From positions 496-64,495 of the forward strand of contig CABUDZ010000001.1 of NCBI GenBank assembly GCA_902490445.1: DNA of 64,000 nt, read 5' to 3'. Positions 50,840 to 60,776 of the stretch are shown here, piece after piece. The notes beneath the pieces were generated by a model. That model was not told the origin of the DNA and ran no database searches. It worked only from the letters and a program-made list of their open reading frames with translations. The translations under genes and the position numbers were made by a program. Source of the stretch: an uncultured Collinsella sp. GTDB lineage: Bacteria; Actinomycetota; Coriobacteriia; Coriobacteriales; Coriobacteriaceae. Numbering within the stretch: position 1 is the first letter of the stretch; every line of letters begins with the position of its first letter.

Positions 50840-51646
50840 CTACTGTTCCTCGATGCCCTCAAAGCGCATCGAAACCGAATAGTTAGCTCCCTTTAGCATA
50901 TTAGTGCAATTTGGGTCCGTTCCCTCGAGCCATATGCGAACGGTTACCGGCTTGTCCGTATCTTTTATTAGGTCGAACATGTCGCTGGCCGCGTTCGCTA
51001 CTCCCGAGTCGAGCCCAAAGACGGTGGCCGAACCGGACGAGCCTCCGCCTCCGTTGGGGTTGTAGACCCAGGTGTGGCCGTCGGCGGTAAAGCTCATGCG
51101 CATGGCGCTGGCCATGCCCTGCGTGTCGGAGCTAAATCGCGTGCCGGACGCGCCACCGTCGCCGTCCTGCCCGGTCAGGCGAACGCGCAGGTCCGTACTG
51201 CTCATAAAGTGCAGCGTGAACTCCAAGTAGGCGCCGGTCGCGGGATCGGCGGTGGAGCCGTCCTCGAAGGTAAAAGTCTGGTAGTCGCTCGTGGTGACGG
51301 GCTTGAGCCTGGATGCATCGATGTCCACGCCCTTTTCGCTGGCGATGCGCGCCGAGATCTGGTCAAAGCCCAGGCTGTGCACATATTCGTCGAATGTGGC
51401 GTGCTCGTCCAGGTCAAAGCGCAGCGAGCCGTCGGCGTTGGCGTCGATCATGAGCATGCGGGTCTTGGCGCTATCGGCGATGGAGAACCAGGCGAACGTT
51501 GCCATGGCTATCGCCACCAGCGCAAACAGCACCAGCACCACGGTGGTGGTGAGCTTGCGGCGCAGGTCGGTGTCGGCGGGGGCTTGCGCGCCGGCGGGCT
51601 TGCCGGTGGCGGGCGTGCAGCTGGCGGTGGGTTGCTTACGCGTCAT
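50840..51646 (-). CDS. SipW-processed fibre/TasA-like subunit
   Basis: ATFAWF signal end, LKPVTT.D, AMR, IWLEGTDPNC. Confidence 0.8.
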   Translation of the reverse strand: MTRKQPTASCTPATGKPAGAQAPADTDLRRKLTTTVVLVLFALVAIAMATFAWFSIADSAKTRMLMIDANADGSLRFDLDEHATFDEYVHSLGFDQISARIASEKGVDIDASRLKPVTTSDYQTFTFEDGSTADPATGAYLEFTLHFMSSTDLRVRLTGQDGDGGASGTRFSSDTQGMASAMRMSFTADGHTWVYNPNGGGGSSGSATVFGLDSGVANAASDMFDLIKDTDKPVTVRIWLEGTDPNCTNMLKGANYSVSMRFEGIEEQ

Positions 51647-51648
51647 GG

Positions 51649-52635
51649 CTACTCACCGTCCAAGGTCGCAAAGAGCGCCAGGTGCAAGGTGCCCGGATCC
51701 TGATACAGATAGTCGGCGCTATCGGGGTCGGTGCCCTCGATGTAGTAATAGATATCCAAGCGATAGGTCTGGCCAAGCCCCAGCGTGGCAAGCGAGTTTT
51801 GTGGGCGCATGGCTGTCTCGCTCGTGTCCAGCGTAAAGGCGGCCGGGTCCCGCGTTACGTTGGCACCGCAAGCGAGCTGGCCGTTTTGCCAGCCCAAGAG
51901 CATGCCCTCGGTGTAGCCCGCCAGGCCCGCAGGGACGGTCGCGGGATGCTCGTCGCGATGGCCGCCGTCGGAGCTGTCGAGCTCAAAGATGTTGGCGGCA
52001 AGCACCTGGTTGCCGCTCGAGATTTTAATGCCCACGCGGGCCGCACGCAGCAGCTCGGCGTTGGCGTCCTGCGGGACCAGGGATTCGGCCAGATACAGGT
52101 TGACCTTACCCTTTACTTTGCTGGCTCCCGTTCCGGTAATGGTGGGGCGCAGGTCGATCCAGCCGTGGTAGAACGCGGATCCGTTGTCTTTTGCCTGCTC
52201 AAACACCGTGGCATCGCCGGCCGAGTTGTTTTGCGCGCAGGCAGCAAAACCGTTGAGGTCAAAGGTCGAGACCGGATAGAGCGTCACGGCGCCAGCCGCA
52301 TTGGAAGTCAGGGAAACATCGCCCTGCTGCGACCAGCTGCCGCGATCGGCGTCGCCCAGCTCCAGCACCAGCTTGGACGTGTCGCTGTGCACGCTCACCG
52401 AATTGGTGTTGACCTTCATGTTGTTGGTAAACCAGGCGTAGGTCGCGGCGCCCAAGGTGGCGGCGAGCGCCACCATAACGAGCGCGATGTAGGCACGCGC
52501 GTGGCGAGCGTGGCGGCGGGCGGCGGCGCCCTCGAGGACCTGGCACTCGGCGGCTACGCTGGAGGGAACCGCGGGGCTCTCGCTCTGGGTTTTGGCCTCG
52601 CAGCTATCTGCTGGCATGCGCTTCTGATCTTTCAC
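51649..52635 (-). CDS. SipW-processed fibre/TasA-like subunit
   Basis: ATYAWF, LYPVST.D, AARVG, YYIEGTDPD. Confidence 0.8.
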   Translation of the reverse strand: MKDQKRMPADSCEAKTQSESPAVPSSVAAECQVLEGAAARRHARHARAYIALVMVALAATLGAATYAWFTNNMKVNTNSVSVHSDTSKLVLELGDADRGSWSQQGDVSLTSNAAGAVTLYPVSTFDLNGFAACAQNNSAGDATVFEQAKDNGSAFYHGWIDLRPTITGTGASKVKGKVNLYLAESLVPQDANAELLRAARVGIKISSGNQVLAANIFELDSSDGGHRDEHPATVPAGLAGYTEGMLLGWQNGQLACGANVTRDPAAFTLDTSETAMRPQNSLATLGLGQTYRLDIYYYIEGTDPDSADYLYQDPGTLHLALFATLDGE

Positions 52636-52648
52636 GTCGCTCGCCCCC

Positions 52649-53485
52649 TTACGCCTTGGCCGCAGCAAAGGCAAGCTGCAGCACCACATCGCGGGCCTGG
52701 GCCTCGTCGATGCAATTGGCGTCGCAGCCTTCCATGTATACAACGTAGCGAACGCTTGCCACCTCGTTGGCGGCCAGCGTGCAGATGGGCGTGGCGCCCG
52801 CGCGCGGCGTGGGCGTGTCACCGGTGCCATCCATGCTGTAAGAGCTAATAGCGCGGGCCGGGTCGGCGGTGTAGCTCCAGCCCGAGGCGGCACCCGCTAC
52901 GACCGCGCCGTCCTGCGCCGTGGTGCGCCTGTTGGTGGCGCCTGCGGTATTGCCCAAGTCATCACAGGTAAAGATATGCGTCTGCGTGCCCGACTGGGTC
53001 GTAATTACCAGACCCAAACGCAACGCGGCCAGCAGCTGCGGGTCGCTCGTCACGCTCATCTGGCCCTGATACAGGTACACATTGAGCGCGCTATCGCTGC
53101 TCTTGAGGTACAGCGTGCCCGAAAGGGCGTAGTCATCCAGCTGCGCGATGCAGTCGGCGTAGTCGGTCGTAATGCCCGCGGCGTTTTGGAACGTGCCGCG
53201 CCAAAAGCGGGAAAGGTCTGACGTCGAGATGGGATAGAGCGTCTTGTCGGCGGCGGCAAGCGTGGCCGTTGTGTCCCAGGGCCCGTTGGCCGAAAGGCCA
53301 ATCTGCAGGTCGGAGCTCTCGTCGCTTACCGTGTGCGCCACGGGGGTCACGTTGGTGTAGCGCGAGTTACTAAACCAGGCATAGGTGGCGGCACTCAGGG
53401 CGGCTACCAGCACCAGCATCCATGCGGCCGCAGCAACCATGCGGCGGCGCGAGCCCAGGATGTCTTTGATGTTCGATGCACTCAT
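52649..53485 (-). CDS. SipW-processed fibre/TasA-like subunit
   Basis: ATYAWF, LYPIST.D, ALRLG, VYMEGCDANC. Confidence 0.8.
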   Translation of the reverse strand: MSASNIKDILGSRRRMVAAAAWMLVLVAALSAATYAWFSNSRYTNVTPVAHTVSDESSDLQIGLSANGPWDTTATLAAADKTLYPISTSDLSRFWRGTFQNAAGITTDYADCIAQLDDYALSGTLYLKSSDSALNVYLYQGQMSVTSDPQLLAALRLGLVITTQSGTQTHIFTCDDLGNTAGATNRRTTAQDGAVVAGAASGWSYTADPARAISSYSMDGTGDTPTPRAGATPICTLAANEVASVRYVVYMEGCDANCIDEAQARDVVLQLAFAAAKA

Positions 53486-53496
53486 CCCTGGTCCCC

Positions 53497-54381
53497 CTAC
53501 GAACGTTTGCCGGCAAAGCGCAGCGCCAGCGATTGCAGGCTGGTTGCGGCCAGGTTGTTGGTACAGTCGGGGTCGCAGCCCTCCAGCCACACGTACACGT
53601 CCACGCGCACGGGCGTGCTGCGGCTGGCGCCCTTGGCGGCAGCGGGTAGGCTGCAAATCTTGGTCGTGGCCTCCTTGAGACTCACGATGCCGGTGTCTTC
53701 GTTGTAGTCGCAGAAGTTTGCGCTGGTCAGCTGGTCAAAATGGAGCGTGGCACCGTCGGAGCGGCTGCTGTCGAGCACCAGGTGGTTCTGCTCGTTTTCG
53801 TCGGCATCCTTGCCATCAAGCGTGTTGTAGCGCGCCTGGGGATTGTGCTCGCCCGAGACCTCAAAGACGTACTGGCCCGTAACGGCATCGCCCTGCCCTG
53901 GAGCATAGGCGACCAGCCCCACGCGCAGGGCGGTGGAGATGGGGTTTGCCGGATCCTGCTCGGTAAAGTCGATGCCCGACAGGTACACGTCGGTTGCGGC
54001 CGAGTTGGTGGCCAGGTACAGGGAGGTCTTGTAGTAGTCGGAATGTTCGGCCGTGCCAAACATGCTGGCAAACAGCGGGTCCTGCGTGGTTCCGCCGGTA
54101 AAGCCCGTTACCTTTTGGAAGCCGTTGAGCACGTTGTCGGTCGAGACGGGATCGAGCAGGCCCGCAAAGCTCAGGCCGGCGTTGGTCTTGTACTCGCCGT
54201 CGTACTCGTTAGAGATAAGGAAGGTCACACCCGTGCCCGCGGCCATCTTGACGTCGGTGATATGGCGGTTGGCGTTGTAGATGTACCAGGCATACGTTAC
54301 GGCTCCGGCAACAGCAAGGGCTACCAGCAACATGGCGAGCATGCGATTGAACTGTTTTCGCAGCGAGCGTGCGTCCGACAT
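53497..54381 (-). CDS. SipW-processed fibre/TasA-like subunit
   Basis: VTYAWY, LDPVST, ALRVG, VWLEGCDPDC. Confidence 0.8.
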   Translation of the reverse strand: MSDARSLRKQFNRMLAMLLVALAVAGAVTYAWYIYNANRHITDVKMAAGTGVTFLISNEYDGEYKTNAGLSFAGLLDPVSTDNVLNGFQKVTGFTGGTTQDPLFASMFGTAEHSDYYKTSLYLATNSAATDVYLSGIDFTEQDPANPISTALRVGLVAYAPGQGDAVTGQYVFEVSGEHNPQARYNTLDGKDADENEQNHLVLDSSRSDGATLHFDQLTSANFCDYNEDTGIVSLKEATTKICSLPAAAKGASRSTPVRVDVYVWLEGCDPDCTNNLAATSLQSLALRFAGKRS

Positions 54382-54611
54382 GCCCCTCCCCCAGATGCCG
54401 CGTTGTAAACTGCCTGGGCACGATTTGCCCATAATGGAGTTATTTTACGCGAATGTGCAGTTCATCGGGGGTACAAACGTGACTTTCCGCGTGCTGTTCG
54501 CGCTGCATCGGGGCGGATAGGGCCGCAAATCGCCGCTTTTTAAAAAATAGTTCTTGCCACCGGGCGGGAGCTCCGTTATATTATTCCCTGCGCACTCGCG
54601 CACCCTTGATC

Positions 54612-54686
54612 GGGCGTTTAGCTCAGGGGGAGAGCGCTTCCCTGACACGGAAGAGGTCAGAAGTTCAAATCTTCTAACGCCCACCA
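54612..54686 (+). tRNA. tRNA-Val(GAC)
   Basis: GGGCGTTTAGCTCAG...CTGACAC...GTTCAAATC...AACGCCCACCA. Confidence 0.97.
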
Positions 54687-54694
54687 AATGTTCG

Positions 54695-54730
54695 CAGCTC
54701 AGAGGCTTCGCCTCTGAGCTGTTTTGTTTT
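54695..54730 (+). terminator. Terminator of tRNA-Val
   Basis: CAGCTCAGAGGC-TTC-GCCTCTGAGCTG followed by TTTTGTTTT. Confidence 0.9.
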
Positions 54731-54888
54731 ACGCCGCCAAGCCAAAAGGGCGCCGCAGCACCCAAAGCCGCCTCGACAACGCCAGCGACCACACCAACCA
54801 AGCCTAAAGTCGCCCAAACAACCCTCAGCGAGCGCCCCGATCGGGCCCGAATGGGCCTCGATGCCACATCCGGACAACCTTCCTATAG

Positions 54889-55070
54889 TCAGGTCTAATA
54901 CTTTTCCGCGAAGTGAACGGGCTTATTTGGACCCCCGAAGCATGCACACTTTTTGAAGCCAAAACCGCAGGATTCCAATGTCAAAACCGCAGGAAATGAG
55001 CCGCCAAATGTGTCGATGCTTCGGGGGTCCATTTTGAGTCGTTCACTTCGCGGAAAAGTATTAGACCTGA
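54889..55070. repeat. 182-bp palindromic (MITE-like) element
   Basis: Perfect 31-bp outer inverted repeat and a 16-bp inner one; loop holds two AAAACCGCAGGA copies. Confidence 0.85.
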
Positions 55071-55106
55071 AAATAAGGCCCCTGGCCCTGGCCCCAGTAA
55101 CCGCCC

Positions 55107-56210
55107 CTACCAATGTTGACGCGCCTCGATAACCGTTTGCCAAAGCTTAAACCGCTTCGTTTCGACGCGCTTGAGGGCAAAATATCGCTGTTCCTCGCTC
55201 ATGGGCCTGTTAAAAATGGGTCGCTTATTCCGATGCAGCTTCCGTCGGATGCGTTCGCACAGGCGAACGAGCTTTTCGTAGTCGCTCGCCTGGTCAGTCG
55301 TCACTGTAAAGTACGCCACCCCATTGAGCATCTGCAGCTCGTTGCGGCGCTCGGCATCCTTGTGGATTTTCTCGCTTCCGTCGTGGATGGCATCGCTGTC
55401 GTAGTCGACCAGCGCGGTAAGCACTTCGGGCAGCAGCCCGGCCTTCACTTTGCCCATGCCCACCTCCGCTTTCGCTGTAAGCGTGATGTCGGGCATGCGC
55501 TCCAACACGCGCAGTTTGCGGTTGCGCCCATCGTTGTAACCGTCGCGAATGAAGTACTTCTTGTTCAGCTCGGCCTTGCCCAGCGCAAGCCCACCGTAAT
55601 GTGCAGGCAGCGACATAAACATGCAAAGCCCCGACTCCCTTGGAGACCGTGAGCCCTCTTCCACGTACGGAAGCAACGCCTTCGCCTTGGCGGCGCCTCT
55701 CACCTTTGACGCCCGGTCAAGGTACGCCGCAATGAGCTCCTTGGTCGCGAGCTTTCCATCGCGCATGCCCGCATCCCTGCTGGTCACCCCGCCGGGAGCA
55801 AGGTTATCCAGCCGGTAGTCCGATGTCATGGCATAGCCGGCATAGATGGCCTCCGCCGCATCGCCATCGTGCGCGGCCTGCAAAAACGCCAGCTCGGGAG
55901 AGCACACGTACGCATCCAGGTCGCCCATCCAGTGGCCCAGCGAGATAAACGAACCCGCGGGGAGCTCGTTGGTGCACAGATGCGTCTTAACGTGCTTGCT
56001 CCGCCGGCGGTCGGCGCGCGTCGGCACCATCAGATCCAGCACGTCAATCCCCAGGTCATAGCGATCGATAACCTCCTGCGCCTCCTGGTCACAGAGCGCG
56101 CAGGCGCCTGCAATCGACACGATCTCTGGTTCCGAATCCCCAAATCGAGGGTTCGGGATGTGCGCCAAGAGCGCCAGCGCAGCGTTATGTGAAACGATAA
56201 AGTACCTCAT
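55107..56210 (-). CDS. Hypothetical protein, AbiEi-like N-terminus and DUF559/Vsr-like C-terminus
   Basis: SPELAFLQ, GSRSPRES, PDI...VDYDS..H...DAERRN pattern. Confidence 0.6.
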   Translation of the reverse strand: MRYFIVSHNAALALLAHIPNPRFGDSEPEIVSIAGACALCDQEAQEVIDRYDLGIDVLDLMVPTRADRRRSKHVKTHLCTNELPAGSFISLGHWMGDLDAYVCSPELAFLQAAHDGDAAEAIYAGYAMTSDYRLDNLAPGGVTSRDAGMRDGKLATKELIAAYLDRASKVRGAAKAKALLPYVEEGSRSPRESGLCMFMSLPAHYGGLALGKAELNKKYFIRDGYNDGRNRKLRVLERMPDITLTAKAEVGMGKVKAGLLPEVLTALVDYDSDAIHDGSEKIHKDAERRNELQMLNGVAYFTVTTDQASDYEKLVRLCERIRRKLHRNKRPIFNRPMSEEQRYFALKRVETKRFKLWQTVIEARQHW

Positions 56211-56332
56211 GGCGCGAAGATAGCACCCGCGTCGGCGGCGGCTCGCGGCCCTGGCGAGTTTTCGGCAAACGACCAGCAGTTTTTTGCTGCGGCGCGTCCA
56301 AAGTGTTCATTCGTCGACGTCTAGCTGCAAAT

Positions 56333-56403
56333 CCGTCAAGCTTTTGGCAAGGTTGCCGCTCAACTGACCAAAAGCTGACCATTTGCTTGCCCATTTGCTT
56401 GAC
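56333..56403. promoter_or_regulatory. 11-bp periodic motif array, same family as the tad upstream array
   Basis: Units at 56335, 56346, 56364, 56375, 56386, 56398. Confidence 0.55.
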
Positions 56404-56527
56404 GGCGCGCCCTCGCCAAAATGCTCCGCGACTTCTCGGGCGGTCGAAGTGCTCGTTTAGCGACCACACGCTCGTCGCTAGGGTATCCTTGGAGCACATG
56501 CACCGCAAGCCGCACAAAGGAGCCGCC

Positions 56528-57226
56528 ATGCGCACCGAGCTCGATGTTCCCTTTTCGCACAAAGACGAGGCCAAGGCCCTGGGCGCCAAGTGGGACCGGA
56601 TCAAGAAGATCTGGTACGTGCCCGATGGCGTCAACCCCGAGCCCTTTGCCGCGTGGCTGCCCGGCGTGGATCGCTCCGACCCCAGCGCGCCCTACATCTA
56701 CCTGGTGCTGGGCAAGCGCGAATGTTGGAAGTGCCACGAGCAGACGACGGTCGCGGCCTTTGGCATTCCGTATCGGGTGGCCGAGGACTCGGGCAGCAAG
56801 GCTGTGCCCGGCGCTGCGCCCACCATGGACGACACGGGCCACATCGCGATCGACACCGCCCGCGCCAACGCCGTGGCCATCGTCCCCGCGCTGGGCTGCG
56901 TGCCGGCCGAGATCCGCGACTACCTGCGCGAGCGCTGCAGCTACAAGCCCATTACGTCGCGCACCACTAAGACCGTATCGCTCTCCAGCACCTGTACCGG
57001 CTGCGGCGCGCTGCAAGGCAGCCATTACCTGTTCGAGGAGCCCACGTCGCCGTTTGCACTCACGGCCATCAACAAGCTGCCCGCGCTGGAGTTCGTGCGC
57101 GTGGAAGTCGCCGGCGTCTACGGCATCCCCGACAGTCAGGACAACTTTGACCAGGCGCTCTTCACCTGGGCACGCGACCACCACGCCCAGTTCCACAAGA
57201 CCCTGTGCGAGGGAATTTACCTGTAG
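56528..57226 (+). CDS. DUF5710 domain protein with Zn-ribbon motifs
   Basis: LDVPFSHKDEAKALGAKWD..KKIWYVP; CWKC...CTGCGALQG; AAAGGAG RBS. Confidence 0.85.
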   Translation: MRTELDVPFSHKDEAKALGAKWDRIKKIWYVPDGVNPEPFAAWLPGVDRSDPSAPYIYLVLGKRECWKCHEQTTVAAFGIPYRVAEDSGSKAVPGAAPTMDDTGHIAIDTARANAVAIVPALGCVPAEIRDYLRERCSYKPITSRTTKTVSLSSTCTGCGALQGSHYLFEEPTSPFALTAINKLPALEFVRVEVAGVYGIPDSQDNFDQALFTWARDHHAQFHKTLCEGIYL

Positions 57227-57352
57227 GGCAAAACTCGAAAATCGAGTCCAGTTATCCTCGAAAATCGAGTATGCGCAGGTAGTTGAGTTGTTGGTATAAC
57301 GCAGAAAATGTCGAATCACCGGGTTTGCCCGACTAGATATTCAGTCTTTAAA

Positions 57353-57634
57353 CTATGATTCCGCCTCGTCATAGGTAATGGCGCATCCGCAGGCTGGGCA
57401 TTGCTGAGGATAGATTGGAAGACGCAGGCCTGTTCGAGCCCGCGGGTCAGTAGACTGCTTGTCGCGAATGTCGATGAAGTTGATGTCTAGGCATGGGAGG
57501 TCTCCGCCGCAGCGAGGGCAGGGCAGGCAGATTTGGCTACAGCTGGCCTCAACGAGCGGGAACAAGCTCCGGTCCATTAACGCTCGCGGTAGGTTTCCGT
57601 ACACGCCACACGCGATATCGCTTCGCCATCCCAT
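57353..57634 (-). CDS. Small Cys-rich hypothetical protein
   Basis: CPRC and CPAC motifs; GGGGAG RBS. Confidence 0.5.
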   Translation of the reverse strand: MGWRSDIACGVYGNLPRALMDRSLFPLVEASCSQICLPCPRCGGDLPCLDINFIDIRDKQSTDPRARTGLRLPIYPQQCPACGCAITYDEAES

Positions 57635-57753
57635 GGTCTCCCCTTTCCTGTTTTAACCGTTGAGGAGAGGATGGCAGGATCGAATGGCCTCGAATGGTGT
57701 CCTGTTGCGATCCGATCAATCGACATGATCGGGTTACGGCGGACCGCACCCGA

Positions 57754-58836
57754 CTAATACGGAGCAACAGCCTCTGCCCGACGTCGCGATTCCGAGAAAT
57801 CGAACTCAGCGCGGTGGGCCTCGAGGAACCGAGCATTGGGACGCAGACGATGCTCGTCCGGCTCACGCAATACCGACCCTGCAAACGCTGCATAGTCCGT
57901 ATGCCGCAGAAGATACGACCCGCAAAGTTGATAATCGCCGCGCACCAACTCAAACGAAATCAGATGGGCGTCGAAGAGCGAATGCAGGTCGCGGCGCAGC
58001 AGAATTCCGTTGCTTACAACTTGCGACTTGGGACCCGAGTAGTTCTCGATATGCGCGGCTTCGAGCGCCTCGTCGACATTGCAACCCGAGACGGCGCATC
58101 GACCAGTGTAGGCCTCAAAGAGCTCGGTGCGAAAACGCTGCTGGCCGATTCGCTCGCGACGTAGCGCGTAGCGAACCTTTTCATCGTCGCTCGCCGGAGC
58201 GCCGGAAAACTCCGCTGTGACCGAAGCGTCCTTCATGTAGGTCATATCAGGGAAGAAGCGTCCGTCGGGTCCGCCCTTATGGACGGGGCCATGCAGCACA
58301 AACCAGCTATTCTCGGGTTCGTAGCGCTCGACGAATGCGAGGCCCAGCACCTTGTAGCCAGCGCTCGTCGCAAAGAACACACCAACGGGAACGCCGCATT
58401 CCATGCAGTTGATCATCTTTTGGTTATAGGCCTGGTCGCGCCAGTTTTCGACCGAAGTGCTCTGCGACGAGTACTTGAGCACCCACGTTCCGTCCTCGAG
58501 ATAGAGCGGCGGAACATCGGGGTAGGCGCCGCGCTTGGAATTGTGCACCGAGAGCGCGAAGGTCTTCTCACGCGGATGCTTAACGCGTCCGCGACCAGGC
58601 CAAAAGATGCCCGAACCGCGCGACACCGGAAAGAGCTCGGAATCAATCGACAGGCGGAAGGGATATTGAGGACTGTCGGCATTTGTGCGATGCGGAAGCT
58701 TATCCCACGGGCAACCACGCCGCTCCTCGCGTAAAAACCACTCCCAGGCCTGGACATATTCGGACGGTACAAAGCTGCAAGCGCGGTCGAAACTCAGCCG
58801 AACAATCAGCGGAACACTAGAAGCGATGCCGTCCAT
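57754..58836 (-). CDS. HNH endonuclease with a possible SRA-like N-terminal domain
   Basis: R.GQQRFR..LFEAY..RCAVSG...LEAAHI...NGILLRRDLHSLFD; upstream N..M......VPVGVF...YKVLGLA.V. Confidence 0.85.
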   Translation of the reverse strand: MDGIASSVPLIVRLSFDRACSFVPSEYVQAWEWFLREERRGCPWDKLPHRTNADSPQYPFRLSIDSELFPVSRGSGIFWPGRGRVKHPREKTFALSVHNSKRGAYPDVPPLYLEDGTWVLKYSSQSTSVENWRDQAYNQKMINCMECGVPVGVFFATSAGYKVLGLAFVERYEPENSWFVLHGPVHKGGPDGRFFPDMTYMKDASVTAEFSGAPASDDEKVRYALRRERIGQQRFRTELFEAYTGRCAVSGCNVDEALEAAHIENYSGPKSQVVSNGILLRRDLHSLFDAHLISFELVRGDYQLCGSYLLRHTDYAAFAGSVLREPDEHRLRPNARFLEAHRAEFDFSESRRRAEAVAPY

Positions 58837-58922
58837 AAGGAACCTCCAGGAAGAACAGTTCCTCACATTATCGCTGATCTACGCGGGCTCGCGTGCAACC
58901 GTTTTGCGCAAAGCCATTGCAC

Positions 58923-58957
58923 AAAATAGGGGCCGCTTCGATTGAAGCGGCCCCTAT
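58923..58957 (-). terminator. Terminator after the fibre-subunit gene
   Basis: ATAGGGGCCGCTTC/GAAGCGGCCCCTAT stem plus T-tract. Confidence 0.85.
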
Positions 58958-58984
58958 CAGGCAAATCTAGCTAATGGCTTAGCC

Positions 58985-59929
58985 CTACTTGGAATCAGGC
59001 ACAATACCGACCAAGCTAACCGTTACGTCGAAAGTCGGGCTTCCCTCACCAACATCGAGGCCGGACATGTTCTGACAATCGTTGTCGGTGCCCTCCATCC
59101 AAATGACAACCTTGAAGTTCGTCCCGTTGTAACCAACGTGAGCGAGCATCCGAGCATCGCCCATCGGCTTAACGTAGGAGTCACCACTCCTAGTTGCTCC
59201 CCAGTTTTTGTTGTTCTGGTCAATCATATTCCCGCCGTACACATGGGCATAAGACGGCGCCATGGTCACCGAGAGGCTGCCGGAATTCACGCAACTCCAG
59301 CCCTCGGTAGCAGAAACATCGTTTCCCTTGCCTGTCGGAAGGACCGGAGCATAAACAACCTTGAGCTCGTCATTAATCAGCAGACCAACACGAAGGCTGC
59401 CTTTGATTTTGTCAAACCAATCTTTCGAAGCGCCTTCCGACGCAGTCACAACAACGGGACCGTTCGAGCTGCTGTTGTCGAGATAGACGTCAGCCTCGCC
59501 AGTCTGGTTAATCGTGTAGATCGTATATTCCGCCATCGTATAGGCGTAATAAGTCTCGGTATCTCCCTTGAGCGTATAGGAACCCTCAAGCTGCTTAGAA
59601 ATCGTTGCCTTCTGGTAACCACTCACATCTGTACCATTCCATGATTTTGGTACAAACCAGCTATGGGCATCGTCCGTGGAAGACGGACTGATCTCATGGC
59701 CAGTGCTTGCGGCGGTCGTCTGATGATCGCTACCGTCATGAATGGCATTTGGGCCGGACGCAATTTGGAGGACCATGCCGTTTGCCTGGGCGCTAACGGT
59801 ACTGGTGGTGCCGTCAACCTTTGTGTTTGAAACGAACCAGGCATACGTTGCAGAGCCAAGCGCAACCGCTGCCATAACGACTGACAAGGCTGCGATCGCA
59901 AGCTGCTTTTTCATCTGCTTAACGCTCAA
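58985..59929 (-). CDS. SipW-processed fibre/TasA-like subunit (TTG start)
   Basis: SATYAWF, ISPSST.D, SLRVG, IWMEGTDNDC; GAGGA RBS. Confidence 0.82.
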   Translation of the reverse strand: MSVKQMKKQLAIAALSVVMAAVALGSATYAWFVSNTKVDGTTSTVSAQANGMVLQIASGPNAIHDGSDHQTTAASTGHEISPSSTDDAHSWFVPKSWNGTDVSGYQKATISKQLEGSYTLKGDTETYYAYTMAEYTIYTINQTGEADVYLDNSSSNGPVVVTASEGASKDWFDKIKGSLRVGLLINDELKVVYAPVLPTGKGNDVSATEGWSCVNSGSLSVTMAPSYAHVYGGNMIDQNNKNWGATRSGDSYVKPMGDARMLAHVGYNGTNFKVVIWMEGTDNDCQNMSGLDVGEGSPTFDVTVSLVGIVPDSK

Positions 59930-59946
59930 CGGAAATCCTCCTCTCT

Positions 59947-59981
59947 AAAGAAAAAGGCGGGGGACACCTCTCCCCCGCCTT
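59947..59981 (-). terminator. Internal terminator/attenuator between two subunit genes
   Basis: GGCGGGGGA/TCCCCCGCC stem followed by TTTTTCTTT. Confidence 0.8.
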
Positions 59982-59999
59982 GTTTAGCTGCTTATCCCG

Positions 60000-60776
60000 C
60001 TAGTTCTTATCGGTCTGAGTAGAGGTAGCAGTGAAGACAACGTTAATGCGCTTGGAAGCCGTCTTCAGATTCTCAAGATTGTTCGTAAAGACCTGAGCAT
60101 CGTCACCATCGTAGAAGACATACATTTCAACGGTTGTCTCATCCTCGCCAATCTTATCGGCAAGCTTATGCGTGGTGTCAGAAGAGGAGACAATGCCGTC
60201 CTTATTGCAAAGCACCCAGTTCGTCCCGCTCATGACCAGCACGCGAAGCGCAGAATCAAATTTATCATTATCGCCTGTGGCACCCGTAATTTTGGCCGAA
60301 TCAACTACAAGATTGGTGAGCTCAGCGCCCTTTGAGCCAACATAAAAGGTGTTCTTTACGGCATACTTTCCAGTAACCGCGGCGGCAGGCGTGCCGGCAG
60401 CGTCGGCGCCCTGAGCAGGAACAAGCTTGACGGTATTGTCGACCTTCAAGCCATCAGTCGCACTGGTACCGAATGCCGTATAGAAGTTAGCCAGCGTATC
60501 GTACGGAGTCGTGTCGGCGCCATTTGCCCAATGAGCCGGATAAAGCGGCGTGTTCGCAACAGAAGAATCATCCGTGCGAAGATCCTTAGACGGTTCATTC
60601 TCATCACGAATATACATGAACGCAGAGTTCGACTGAGCAGAAATCTAACTGGTCGTTGCGTCGACCTTGTTGTTGCTCACAAACCATGCGAACGTGGCAG
60701 AGCCCAGTGCTACGGCTGCTACCAGCACCATGGCGATGGCGGCGCCCATCTGCTTCTTTAATGCCTTGGTATCCAT
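60000..60776 (-). pseudogene. Fibre subunit (probable major subunit) interrupted by an in-frame TAG at 60645-60647
   Basis: MDTKALKKQ...SATFAWFVSNNKVDATTS*ISAQSNSAFMYI... is one frame and aligns with the paralogue KVDGTTSTVSAQAN. Confidence 0.85.

Noticed and set aside
54687..58920. Integrative element or prophage at tRNA-Val
   Set aside because: No integrase, no phage genes, and no duplicated tRNA 3' end found in the window
60645..60647. Pyrrolysine or other programmed recoding of the TAG
   Set aside because: No pyl genes in the window, and TAG is a normal stop for other genes here, including this gene's own end at 60000
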